The notes beneath the pieces were generated by a model that ran no database searches, was not told the DNA's origin, and saw only the letters and a program-made list of their open reading frames with translations. The position numbers and the translations under genes are program-made. A stretch of DNA of 44,889 nt from Candidatus Woesearchaeota archaeon (GTDB lineage: Archaea; Nanobdellota; Nanobdellia; Pacearchaeales; GW2011-AR1): positions 1-44,889 of the forward strand of contig CAZZNU010000001.1 in NCBI GenBank assembly GCA_964655925.1, in the 5' to 3' direction. Position 1 is the first letter of the stretch. Each line of letters opens with the position of its first letter. This document shows positions 9,149-15,867 of this stretch, piece after piece.

Positions 9149-11237
9149 AATAAGAAAAAGAGATGGGGATGTCGTAACATTTGACGAACAAAAAATAGAA
9201 AATGCTATTTGGAAAGCAGTTTGTGCTGTCGGTGGAAAAGACAGAGAAAAAGTAATTTCGATAACAAAAGTTATAATAGATAAATTAGACGAAAGATTCG
9301 GAGAAAATAATATCCCAGGAGTTGAAGATGTTCAAGATTTAGTTGAAGAAGTTTTAATTAAAAATGGACACGATCAAGTTGCAAAGGCATACATATTATA
9401 TCGTAAAAGCAGAGAAGATTTAAGAAATGTTAAAGGTCTTTTTGACACAATTGAAGCAGTAGAGGATTATTTAGGGTTAAACGATTGGATGGTAAAGGAA
9501 AATTCTAATATGGGATATTCTCTACAAGGTTTAAACAATTATATTTCTACAAAAATTATCACAAACTATTGGATAAGACGAGTTTATCCAGAAGCAATTA
9601 GAAAAGTTCACGAGGCGGGCGATTTGCACATTCACGATCTAGGAACTTTGGGTTCTTATTGCGTTGGTTGGGACCTAAAAGATTTACTTTTAGTTGGTTT
9701 TCAAGGTGTAAAAGGGAAAGTTGCAAGTAAACCTGCAAAACATTTAAGGACAGCCTTGGGACAAATAGTAAATTTCTTTTACACACTTCAAGGAGAGAGT
9801 GCAGGAGCGCAGGCGTTTAGTAACTTTGACACACTTCTTGCTCCATTCATCAGGTACGATGGATTAGATTACAAACAAGTTAAACAAGCAATGCAGGAAT
9901 TTTTATTTAATTTAGCAGTACCAACGAGAGTTGGATTTCAAACTCCCTTTACAAATGTAACTATGGACTTAAAAGTTCCTGAATATATGAGAGACGAACA
10001 TGTAATAGTTGGAGGACAAATTCAAAAAGAGACATACAAAGATTTTGAGGAAGAAATTAAGATATTAAATAGGGCATTTGCTGAATGTATGCTTGAAGGC
10101 GACGCATCAGGAAGGGTTTTTACTTTTCCTATTCCAACTTATAATATAACAAAAGACTTTGATTGGGACAACCCAGAATACAATTTAATTTGGGAAATGA
10201 CAGCAAAATACGGAATTCCTTATTTTAGTAATTTTATAAATTCGGATATGAAACCAGAAGACGCAAGAAGTATGTGTTGTAGGTTAAGAATAGATAACAC
10301 AGAATTAAAAAAACGAGGTGGAGGACTTTTTGGGGCGAACCCACTAACAGGTTCTGTTGGAGTTGTAACTATAAATATGCCAAGATTAGGGTATACCTCA
10401 GTAAACGAAGAAGATTATTTCCGAAGATTGGGAAGATTAATGGAATTAGCAAAAGAATCTTTAGAAATCAAAAGAAAAACTATTGAGAAATTTACAGAAA
10501 TTGGTTTATATCCTTATTCAAGGTTTTATCTAAGATTAATTTATCAAAGATTTAAGCAATACTGGAAAAACCATTTTGCAACAATAGGACTATTAGGATT
10601 AAACGAATCAATTATTAATTTTATGCCAGAAGAGAGTATAATAACTCCAAAAGGAAAAGACTTCGCACTAAGAGTTCTGGATTTTATGAGAAATAAATTA
10701 GAAGAATTTCAAAAAGAAACTGGAAATATCTACAACCTTGAAGCAACACCTGGAGAAGGAACAACTTATCGTTTTGCAAGAATAGATAAAAAAAGATTTG
10801 GGAGAATTGTCTGTGCAAATGAAAAGGCGTATAAGGAAAACAGCGCACCTCCTTACTACACAAACTCATCTCAGCTACCAGTAGACTATACAGATGATAT
10901 ATTTGAGGCACTAGATAATCAAGACCAATTGCAATGCAAATATACAGGTGGAACAGTATTTCACACTTTTATTGGGGAAAAAATAACAGCAGAAGCCGCT
11001 AAAAGTATGGTAAAAAAAATAGCGAATAATTATCACTTGCCTTATTTTACAATCACTCCAACATTTTCAATATGTCCAATTCATGGATATATCGCAGGAG
11101 AACACGAATACTGTCCAAAATGTGATGAGGAGATAGAAGCAGAAGAGAGTAGCGTACTGTCTCAAGCGTATACTGTTTCGGATTCAGAATTAAACATTGA
11201 ATCTCAAAATAAAATGGAGGTGTTTTATGAGAGCTAG
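9138..11237 (+). CDS. nrdD: Anaerobic (class III) ribonucleoside-triphosphate reductase NrdD, large piece lacking the glycyl-radical segment
   Basis: N-terminal ATP-cone, an NrdD core, and the C-terminal zinc site FSICPIHGYIAGEHEYCPKC. The ORF then runs into non-conserved sequence (DEEIEAEESSVLSQAYTVSDSELNIESQNKMEVFYES) and stops without an RVxGY motif. Confidence 0.9.
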   Translation: MVSKIRKRDGDVVTFDEQKIENAIWKAVCAVGGKDREKVISITKVIIDKLDERFGENNIPGVEDVQDLVEEVLIKNGHDQVAKAYILYRKSREDLRNVKGLFDTIEAVEDYLGLNDWMVKENSNMGYSLQGLNNYISTKIITNYWIRRVYPEAIRKVHEAGDLHIHDLGTLGSYCVGWDLKDLLLVGFQGVKGKVASKPAKHLRTALGQIVNFFYTLQGESAGAQAFSNFDTLLAPFIRYDGLDYKQVKQAMQEFLFNLAVPTRVGFQTPFTNVTMDLKVPEYMRDEHVIVGGQIQKETYKDFEEEIKILNRAFAECMLEGDASGRVFTFPIPTYNITKDFDWDNPEYNLIWEMTAKYGIPYFSNFINSDMKPEDARSMCCRLRIDNTELKKRGGGLFGANPLTGSVGVVTINMPRLGYTSVNEEDYFRRLGRLMELAKESLEIKRKTIEKFTEIGLYPYSRFYLRLIYQRFKQYWKNHFATIGLLGLNESIINFMPEESIITPKGKDFALRVLDFMRNKLEEFQKETGNIYNLEATPGEGTTYRFARIDKKRFGRIVCANEKAYKENSAPPYYTNSSQLPVDYTDDIFEALDNQDQLQCKYTGGTVFHTFIGEKITAEAAKSMVKKIANNYHLPYFTITPTFSICPIHGYIAGEHEYCPKCDEEIEAEESSVLSQAYTVSDSELNIESQNKMEVFYES

Positions 11238-11352
11238 GACTAAATGTGAAGTTTGGAGCCGAGTTGTTGGATATTTAAGGCCAACATCTGCTTGGAATGA
11301 TGGAAAACTTCAAGAGTTTAAGGATAGAAAAACATTCAATCAAAACTCTTAA
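11227..11352 (+). CDS. 41-aa ORF encoding the NrdD glycyl-radical segment; not in the ORF track
   Basis: Hand translation in the +1 frame gives MRARTKCEVWSRVVGYLRPTSAWNDGKLQEFKDRKTFNQNS. It contains the class III RNR glycyl-radical signature (SRVVGYLRP...WN.GK..EF..R). GGAGGTG at 11216-11222 lies 4 nt before the ATG. Its stop lies 1 nt before the nrdG ATG. Confidence 0.7.
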   Translation: MRARTKCEVWSRVVGYLRPTSAWNDGKLQEFKDRKTFNQNS

Positions 11353-11353
11353 G

Positions 11354-12052
11354 ATGGATATTTGTGGATTAGAAAAAACCACGCTTATAGACTATCCAGG
11401 GAAAATTGCTTGTACGATTTTTTTATTCGGTTGTAATTTTAGATGTGGTTTTTGTTATAACGCAAGTTTGGTTTTAGACAAACCAGAAGGATGTTTATCT
11501 GAAGAGAAAATTTTTGAATTTTTAGAAGGTAAAAGGGGAAAATTAGATGCAGTTTGTATTACAGGTGGAGAACCACTCTTAACAGTAGAAAAAGATTTTT
11601 TAAGAAAGATAAAAGAAATGGGATTTTTACTTAAGATAGATACGAACGGAACAAGTCCGGACAAATTAAAAGAACTAATTGATGAAAAACTAGTTGACTA
11701 TATTGCTATTGATATAAAGAACTCAAAAGAAAAATACGATTTAACAACGGGAGTTGATACAGATATTTCTAAAGTGGAAGAGTCAATGAAAATAATATCA
11801 AACTTTGAAAATTATGAATTTAGAACGACAATTGTTCCTAAACTTCACACAAAAGAAGATATAGTAAATATTATAGATTGGTTTAAATCTTTAAACATAT
11901 TCCCACAAAGATATTACCTGCAAGGATTCAAAAACAAAGGGGATTTTATTGATGAAAAATATTCAAAATACCATAATGCGACTGCAAAGTATCTGTATGA
12001 ACTAAAGAAGATAATAAAACCATTTGTTCAGAAAGCTGGATTGAGGTATTGA
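11354..12052 (+). CDS. nrdG: Anaerobic RNR activating protein NrdG (radical SAM)
   Basis: It has the CNFRCGFCYN radical-SAM cluster motif, GGEPL, and a typical start MDICGLEKTTLIDYPGK. The track ORF begins at 11297, but those extra 19 codons overlap the glycyl-radical ORF in another frame. Confidence 0.85.
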   Translation: MDICGLEKTTLIDYPGKIACTIFLFGCNFRCGFCYNASLVLDKPEGCLSEEKIFEFLEGKRGKLDAVCITGGEPLLTVEKDFLRKIKEMGFLLKIDTNGTSPDKLKELIDEKLVDYIAIDIKNSKEKYDLTTGVDTDISKVEESMKIISNFENYEFRTTIVPKLHTKEDIVNIIDWFKSLNIFPQRYYLQGFKNKGDFIDEKYSKYHNATAKYLYELKKIIKPFVQKAGLRY

Positions 12053-12059
12053 GCGGGCG

Positions 12060-12101
12060 GTTGACGGTAAACAGTCGACCGTAGACAGTTTGCTGTTTAC
12101 T
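12060..12101 (+). repeat. Heptanucleotide array B (6 units), downstream flank of the four-helix-bundle gene
   Basis: GTTGACG GTAAACA GTCGACC GTAGACA GTTTGCT GTTTACT. It lies between the nrdG stop (12052) and the four-helix-bundle gene stop (12104). Confidence 0.8.
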
Positions 12102-12103
12102 GC

Positions 12104-12454
12104 TCACCCCAATCGCTTCGCAAATGTAAAAATTTTCCCGCTTATAATATCTATTTTCCCTACTAAATAATTTAACTCTTCTTCTGATATATAATTAAGA
12201 TTTTGTGCTATGATTAATTGACATTCTACTTCCTTAGCACTACCTAAAGACATATGTAAGAAATGTTTAAAATATTTATTTGAATTTCTTCCGGAGCCCT
12301 CTGCTATATTTGATGAGACACTTACAATTGCTCTTCTTATTTGGTTTGTTAACCCGTACATTTCCTCTTGTGGAAATTTTTTTGTGACCATATAAATTTC
12401 ATTTGTGAATTCAATAGATAACTTCCATATATCTAATTCCTTAAAATTATTCAT
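12104..12454 (-). CDS. Four-helix-bundle protein (23S rRNA intervening-sequence protein / Avd-like family)
   Basis: The 117-aa core MNNFKELDIWKLSIEFTNEIY...QIRRAIVSVSSNIAEGSGRNSNKYFKHFLHMSLGSAKEVECQLIIAQNLNYIS...KIFTFAKRL matches the family pattern (NIAEG.GR, F...A.GS..E). The ATG at 12454 is preferred over the TTG at 12583. Confidence 0.85.
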   Translation of the reverse strand: MNNFKELDIWKLSIEFTNEIYMVTKKFPQEEMYGLTNQIRRAIVSVSSNIAEGSGRNSNKYFKHFLHMSLGSAKEVECQLIIAQNLNYISEEELNYLVGKIDIISGKIFTFAKRLG

Positions 12455-12507
12455 CCATTCATTAACAGAATAAGTATTATATTTTTTATGACTAAATTGG
12501 GATAAGC

Positions 12508-12556
12508 CGTAAGCAGTAAACTGTAAACCGTAGACTGTAGACAGTAGACAGTAGAC
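12508..12556 (-). repeat. Heptanucleotide array C (7 units, opposite orientation), in the leader of the four-helix-bundle gene
   Basis: The plus strand reads CGTAAGC AGTAAAC TGTAAAC CGTAGAC TGTAGAC AGTAGAC AGTAGAC, which is the reverse complement of GTYTACN units. Confidence 0.85.
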
Positions 12557-12604
12557 TGCAAAATTTTTATCCAGAAAATTCAATAAAATTTAAATAGTCA
12601 TTAT

Positions 12605-12629
12605 TTTCGCGCGTTTTAAATTTCGCGCG
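12605..12629 (-). promoter_or_regulatory. BRE/TATA-like promoter for the four-helix-bundle gene
   Basis: The plus strand reads TTTCGCGCG TTTTAAA TTTCGCGCG. The minus strand reads CGCGCGAAA TTTAAAA CGCGCGAAA, the same CGCGAAA-plus-TATA arrangement seen upstream of tfb and other genes here. Confidence 0.5.
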
Positions 12630-12633
12630 AGTC

Positions 12634-12675
12634 CGTAAACAGCAAACAGTCAACAGTCAACAGTCAACCGTAAAC
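12634..12675 (-). repeat. Heptanucleotide array D (6 units), upstream flank of the four-helix-bundle cassette
   Basis: The plus strand reads CGTAAAC AGCAAAC AGTCAAC AGTCAAC AGTCAAC CGTAAAC. The reverse complement is GTTTACG GTTGACT x3 GTTTGCT GTTTACG. Its inner end, GTTTGCT GTTTAC, mirrors the inner end of array B. Confidence 0.85.
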
Positions 12676-12715
12676 AAAAAAAGAAAAAAAACAAAAAAAG
12701 GGAAAAAATCCCTTT
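12676..12715 (-). terminator. Hairpin plus T-run terminator of the S-layer-like gene
   Basis: On the minus strand, AAAGGGA TTTTT TCCCTTT forms a 7-bp stem (12697-12703 with 12709-12715). It is followed by TTTTTGTTTTTTTTCTTTTTTT and starts 12 nt after the stop codon. Confidence 0.6.
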
Positions 12716-12726
12716 AAATTTTATAC

Positions 12727-15057
12727 TTATGCAACAACAGTAGCCGTAGCAGTAGAGTATACCTTACCCTCACCATCAGTCAAACTGATAGATTTAGCGT
12801 TTTCCAACAAGTAAGATACAGCTCTTGTAGTATCAGCAGCTTCATAACCAGCAACCAATAAAGCAGTTTTACCTCCTCTATTAAATGCCTTAATCATGAA
12901 TTGTCCTTCTCCAACACCAGTATGCTCTGTAAATTCAGTGCCTCTATAAGAACCACCTAATAATTCAGCAGCAACTGTGTTAATAGCAGAACCACCAACA
13001 ACAACAAGATTTTTATCAACACCGCTAACCTCGCTATCCTTCAATGGAACAGCACCGGTAGATGTTGTTACTCTAGCACTTCCAGATGCAATAGATACAT
13101 CAGCAATAGCTTCTTCATTTCCTACGAAAATAGAGAATTTGTTAGAATCTGCTTCATCAAATTCAAACCTAGACGCCATTCTGGTATTAAGGTAACCAGT
13201 TGTAACATCTTTTGTTTTTACTTTCGTCTCAGCAGCAGTTACTAAAGCGTAACCATCAACTTCAAGGTCATCATCACTGTTAACTTTAACATTTAATTTA
13301 AAACCTTCATCTGATAATTTACCTTCGTAATCTGGTTCTAGTAATGTAAAGTGAGATAGATTTCCAAGACCGTTGAATGTTGCCTTGTCAGCAGCACCAA
13401 CTAATTTTGTAAAATCTAAATTCACAGTCAAACCATTTGCTGTATATATTTTATCATGCACCACTGTGTATGTTCCAGAAACTGTTGGCAATATAGACAA
13501 TGTACTAGGTGTACCATCATTTGATGTACCAGTACGAGCTGTACCGTTGGTATATTCAAATTTAACATTTCCTCTAGTTACTTCTCTACCATCTTTTAAT
13601 GTGAAAGTAGAACCATCAACTAAAGAAGATAGTGTTAATTCTGCATCGTCAAGATTTACTTCATCTACCTTATACACTTGTGATCTATATTCTTCACCAG
13701 AAGTTCTAGCAGAAGATACAATTATCATATTATCTTCCATTGATTCTCTTACTTCTGTATAAGGAGAACCACTTCCAGTGTAGGCTACATCAAAGACAAT
13801 TACTTTTCCACCACCACTAGATTCTGGAGTTAAGAATACATTACCATCGTCGTTTCCAACGATTACACCATATCCTACTCTACTTGAATCATAAGATAAT
13901 ATTGGTAAATCAATAGAACCATCTTTTAACTCTAAAGATAACACCAATTCTTCTCCTGGAACTACAGCAGTTTCTTCTAAGTCAGAAGATTCTACTCCTC
14001 CATACACTAATTTTAGTGACTGGAATCCTGGCATAATTAGTTCATTATCTTCTTCAGTTAAGAATGTTCCTTTTGTCTCAGTTGCAGTCCATTCTATTTC
14101 AATGACACCGCTTGCATCATTCACTGTTGTAGCTTTAAGACCTTTTACATCTTTGTCAGCTATTCTTACAGCTGCACCGTTAGTAAGTTTTATAGAACCA
14201 CTTCCTATTGTAACTTCTACGCTACTTGGGATTGATTCTTTACTAGATACATAAACTTCTTTAAGTAAAAGATGTGAATCATCAGACAATTTTTGAGTTT
14301 CGTCTTTGTTCATATTTCCTAAACTCTTTCCATTTACTGTAACTCTAGCTTTTCCTGTACTTATGTGAGATACAGACACTTCATATGTCTTCTCACCAAC
14401 AGTTATAGTTGTAGTTTGACCTTCTTCAACTTCAACAACAGAGCTTGCATCAAACAATTCTATTGTATGTGTTCCTGTTGTGTTTACTTTACTAACATAG
14501 TATGTTCCACCTAATAATGGAATATCAACACCCACAGCTTCATTCAACTCACCCTCAAGGTCTAATTTATACTTAAGAATTTCTGCATCTTTAGCTATGT
14601 TAAACCCTAAAGTTTCTTCTTTATCGTTGTAATTTCTATCTGAAAAGTATTGCAAAGCAGGTCCTGTAGTAGGGAATGTGATAGATTGAGAGTAATCCAT
14701 TTCAACATTGTCCTTATCTCTATAAGTGCCTTCTGCTAAAAATCCTTCCATATGGTCCTCATTAAGAGTTGCAATGACATTTGAGAAGTCATCACCCATA
14801 TTGAATTTTTTATAAGAAGTTTCTAGCTTAAATGAATCACCACCTTCAACAACAACACTTCCTGTTCCAACTCCTAAATCTGCAACAACTGTAGCAGCTG
14901 CAGTAGAGTCACTTGCTAATGCAGAAGCACCAACAACAACAGCAGTATTGCTTCCAGTTAAACTAGAATAGCTAGCTGCTAAAGCACCACTTAAAGTAGC
15001 ACCTATAAGAGTTAAACCTCCTAATACTGTTATAGCTTTGTGAAATAATTTTTTCAT
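12727..15057 (-). CDS. Large secreted surface (S-layer-like) protein
   Basis: Signal peptide MKKLFHKAITVLGGLTLIGATLSGALA. The body is rich in T, S, V, G, E and D, has no Cys, and looks beta-rich. AGGAGGT lies upstream of the ATG at 15057. The track start at 15108 would translate that RBS. Confidence 0.6.
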   Translation of the reverse strand: MKKLFHKAITVLGGLTLIGATLSGALAASYSSLTGSNTAVVVGASALASDSTAAATVVADLGVGTGSVVVEGGDSFKLETSYKKFNMGDDFSNVIATLNEDHMEGFLAEGTYRDKDNVEMDYSQSITFPTTGPALQYFSDRNYNDKEETLGFNIAKDAEILKYKLDLEGELNEAVGVDIPLLGGTYYVSKVNTTGTHTIELFDASSVVEVEEGQTTTITVGEKTYEVSVSHISTGKARVTVNGKSLGNMNKDETQKLSDDSHLLLKEVYVSSKESIPSSVEVTIGSGSIKLTNGAAVRIADKDVKGLKATTVNDASGVIEIEWTATETKGTFLTEEDNELIMPGFQSLKLVYGGVESSDLEETAVVPGEELVLSLELKDGSIDLPILSYDSSRVGYGVIVGNDDGNVFLTPESSGGGKVIVFDVAYTGSGSPYTEVRESMEDNMIIVSSARTSGEEYRSQVYKVDEVNLDDAELTLSSLVDGSTFTLKDGREVTRGNVKFEYTNGTARTGTSNDGTPSTLSILPTVSGTYTVVHDKIYTANGLTVNLDFTKLVGAADKATFNGLGNLSHFTLLEPDYEGKLSDEGFKLNVKVNSDDDLEVDGYALVTAAETKVKTKDVTTGYLNTRMASRFEFDEADSNKFSIFVGNEEAIADVSIASGSARVTTSTGAVPLKDSEVSGVDKNLVVVGGSAINTVAAELLGGSYRGTEFTEHTGVGEGQFMIKAFNRGGKTALLVAGYEAADTTRAVSYLLENAKSISLTDGEGKVYSTATATVVA

Positions 15058-15485
15058 ATTTTTTATTAACCTCCTTTCAGCACTATTATTGTTAGCCGCC
15101 TTAATCAAGGCCCTGAAATTCAGGTTTGGAAACTAAATAGCCTGGCCGGAACTTATAACTAGGGAGCGCTATAAGGTCATCACTAGGGTCCCTGTTTGTA
15201 CACTGACTAGTCAGCATTATTGATGAACAATAACGCAATCATAGTAAATTTTTATCATTTATAAAGTTTATCCTATTATTCTCGGTTGTCGTCGGCGTTT
15301 TTTGCCGAATTGTAAACTTGGTTTATAAACACTTTGTTGTCACTACATGTTTTAACAAAAAAGTAACTCCTAAAACTTTTCAATCTTTTATATATGACAT
15401 AAAAAAACATATGTGCTTCCTCGTCGTAATTGTCTAAAAAACTAATAACCATAATTTATATTTTTTAACGAATTTGTCCAAAAAC

Positions 15486-15800
15486 TCATATTTTTATTGA
15501 TATAAAAAACTCCTCACTCACCACTTTTGGCACCAAAGAACGCTTACTGTCTCCTTTTTTAGATTTCAACTCAACTATTCCAACAGATTCCAAGAACCTC
15601 ACATCGTCGTATACCACACGAAAATCTCGCTTTAGTAGTTTAGATAGGTTATATATTGAAGTTGGCTTATCATTTTTGACACACTTTAGCAATCTTATCT
15701 TTTCCTTTGAAAAAACCTTCCTTAATAACTCTCTATTTTCTTCAGACTTAGCTTTCTTTCCTAAATCTATTTTTATTATGCTCCGTTTTTTTACTGCCAT
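15486..15800 (-). CDS. Small winged-helix DNA-binding protein
   Basis: 104 aa with the segment KPTSIYNLSKLLKRDFRVVYDDVRFLESVGIVEL, which looks like an HTH plus wing. Confidence 0.5.
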   Translation of the reverse strand: MAVKKRSIIKIDLGKKAKSEENRELLRKVFSKEKIRLLKCVKNDKPTSIYNLSKLLKRDFRVVYDDVRFLESVGIVELKSKKGDSKRSLVPKVVSEEFFISIKI

Positions 15801-15830
15801 AAATCTTATCCACTATTACCTTATTTATTT

Positions 15831-15863
15831 GTTTCGCGCACAATAATTAGGAGTGCGCGAAAC
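15831..15863. promoter_or_regulatory. Perfect 11-bp inverted repeat (GTTTCGCGCAC / GTGCGCGAAAC, 11-nt loop): likely terminator hairpin that also carries the BRE of the next gene
   Basis: Read directly. The right arm ends 4 nt before the stop codon of the 719-aa gene, that is, just downstream of it on the minus strand. On the minus strand the left arm reads GTGCGCGAAAC, followed by AAATAAATAA, then 20 nt to the ATG at 15800. Confidence 0.6.
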
Positions 15864-15867
15864 GCCC

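Noticed and set aside
11130-11245. The roughly 100-nt insert in nrdD considered as a degenerate member of the heptamer repeat family, or as a bulge-helix-bulge intron.
   Set aside because: The similarity to GTTKACN units (GTATACT GTTTCGG) is weak. I could not identify a convincing BHB motif by eye. Both ideas are kept only as alternatives to test within the split-NrdD finding.
11297-11353. 19-codon N-terminal extension of the nrdG track ORF (MMENFKSLRIEKHSIKTLK).
   Set aside because: It overlaps the conserved glycyl-radical ORF in another frame. The canonical NrdG N-terminus starts at the ATG at 11354, right after that ORF's stop.
12104-12454. The four-helix-bundle gene considered as the Avd component of a diversity-generating retroelement.
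   Set aside because: There is no reverse-transcriptase ORF in the window. I saw no template/variable repeat pair with adenine-specific mismatches. The family relation alone is not sufficient.
12455-12583. N-terminal 43 codons of the track ORF 12104..12583 (MNFLDKNFAVYCLLSTVYGLQFTAYGL...).
   Set aside because: The start at 12583 is a TTG. The extension is simply heptamer array C read as protein. The conserved four-helix-bundle core begins at the ATG at 12454 and gives the usual family size of about 117 aa.
15058-15108. 17-codon extension of the S-layer-like ORF (MIKAANNNSAERRLIKN).
   Set aside because: It would translate the AGGAGGT ribosome-binding site. The signal peptide begins at the Met at 15057.
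15109-15235. The GC-rich segment considered as SRP RNA, RNase P RNA or a C/D-box sRNA.
   Set aside because: It is too short for 7S or RNase P RNA, and I could not find their conserved motifs (for example the GAGGAAAGTCC-type P4 motif). The GTGATGA/CTGA pair lacks internal C' and D' boxes and a convincing terminal stem. It is kept only as a low-interest structured-leader finding.
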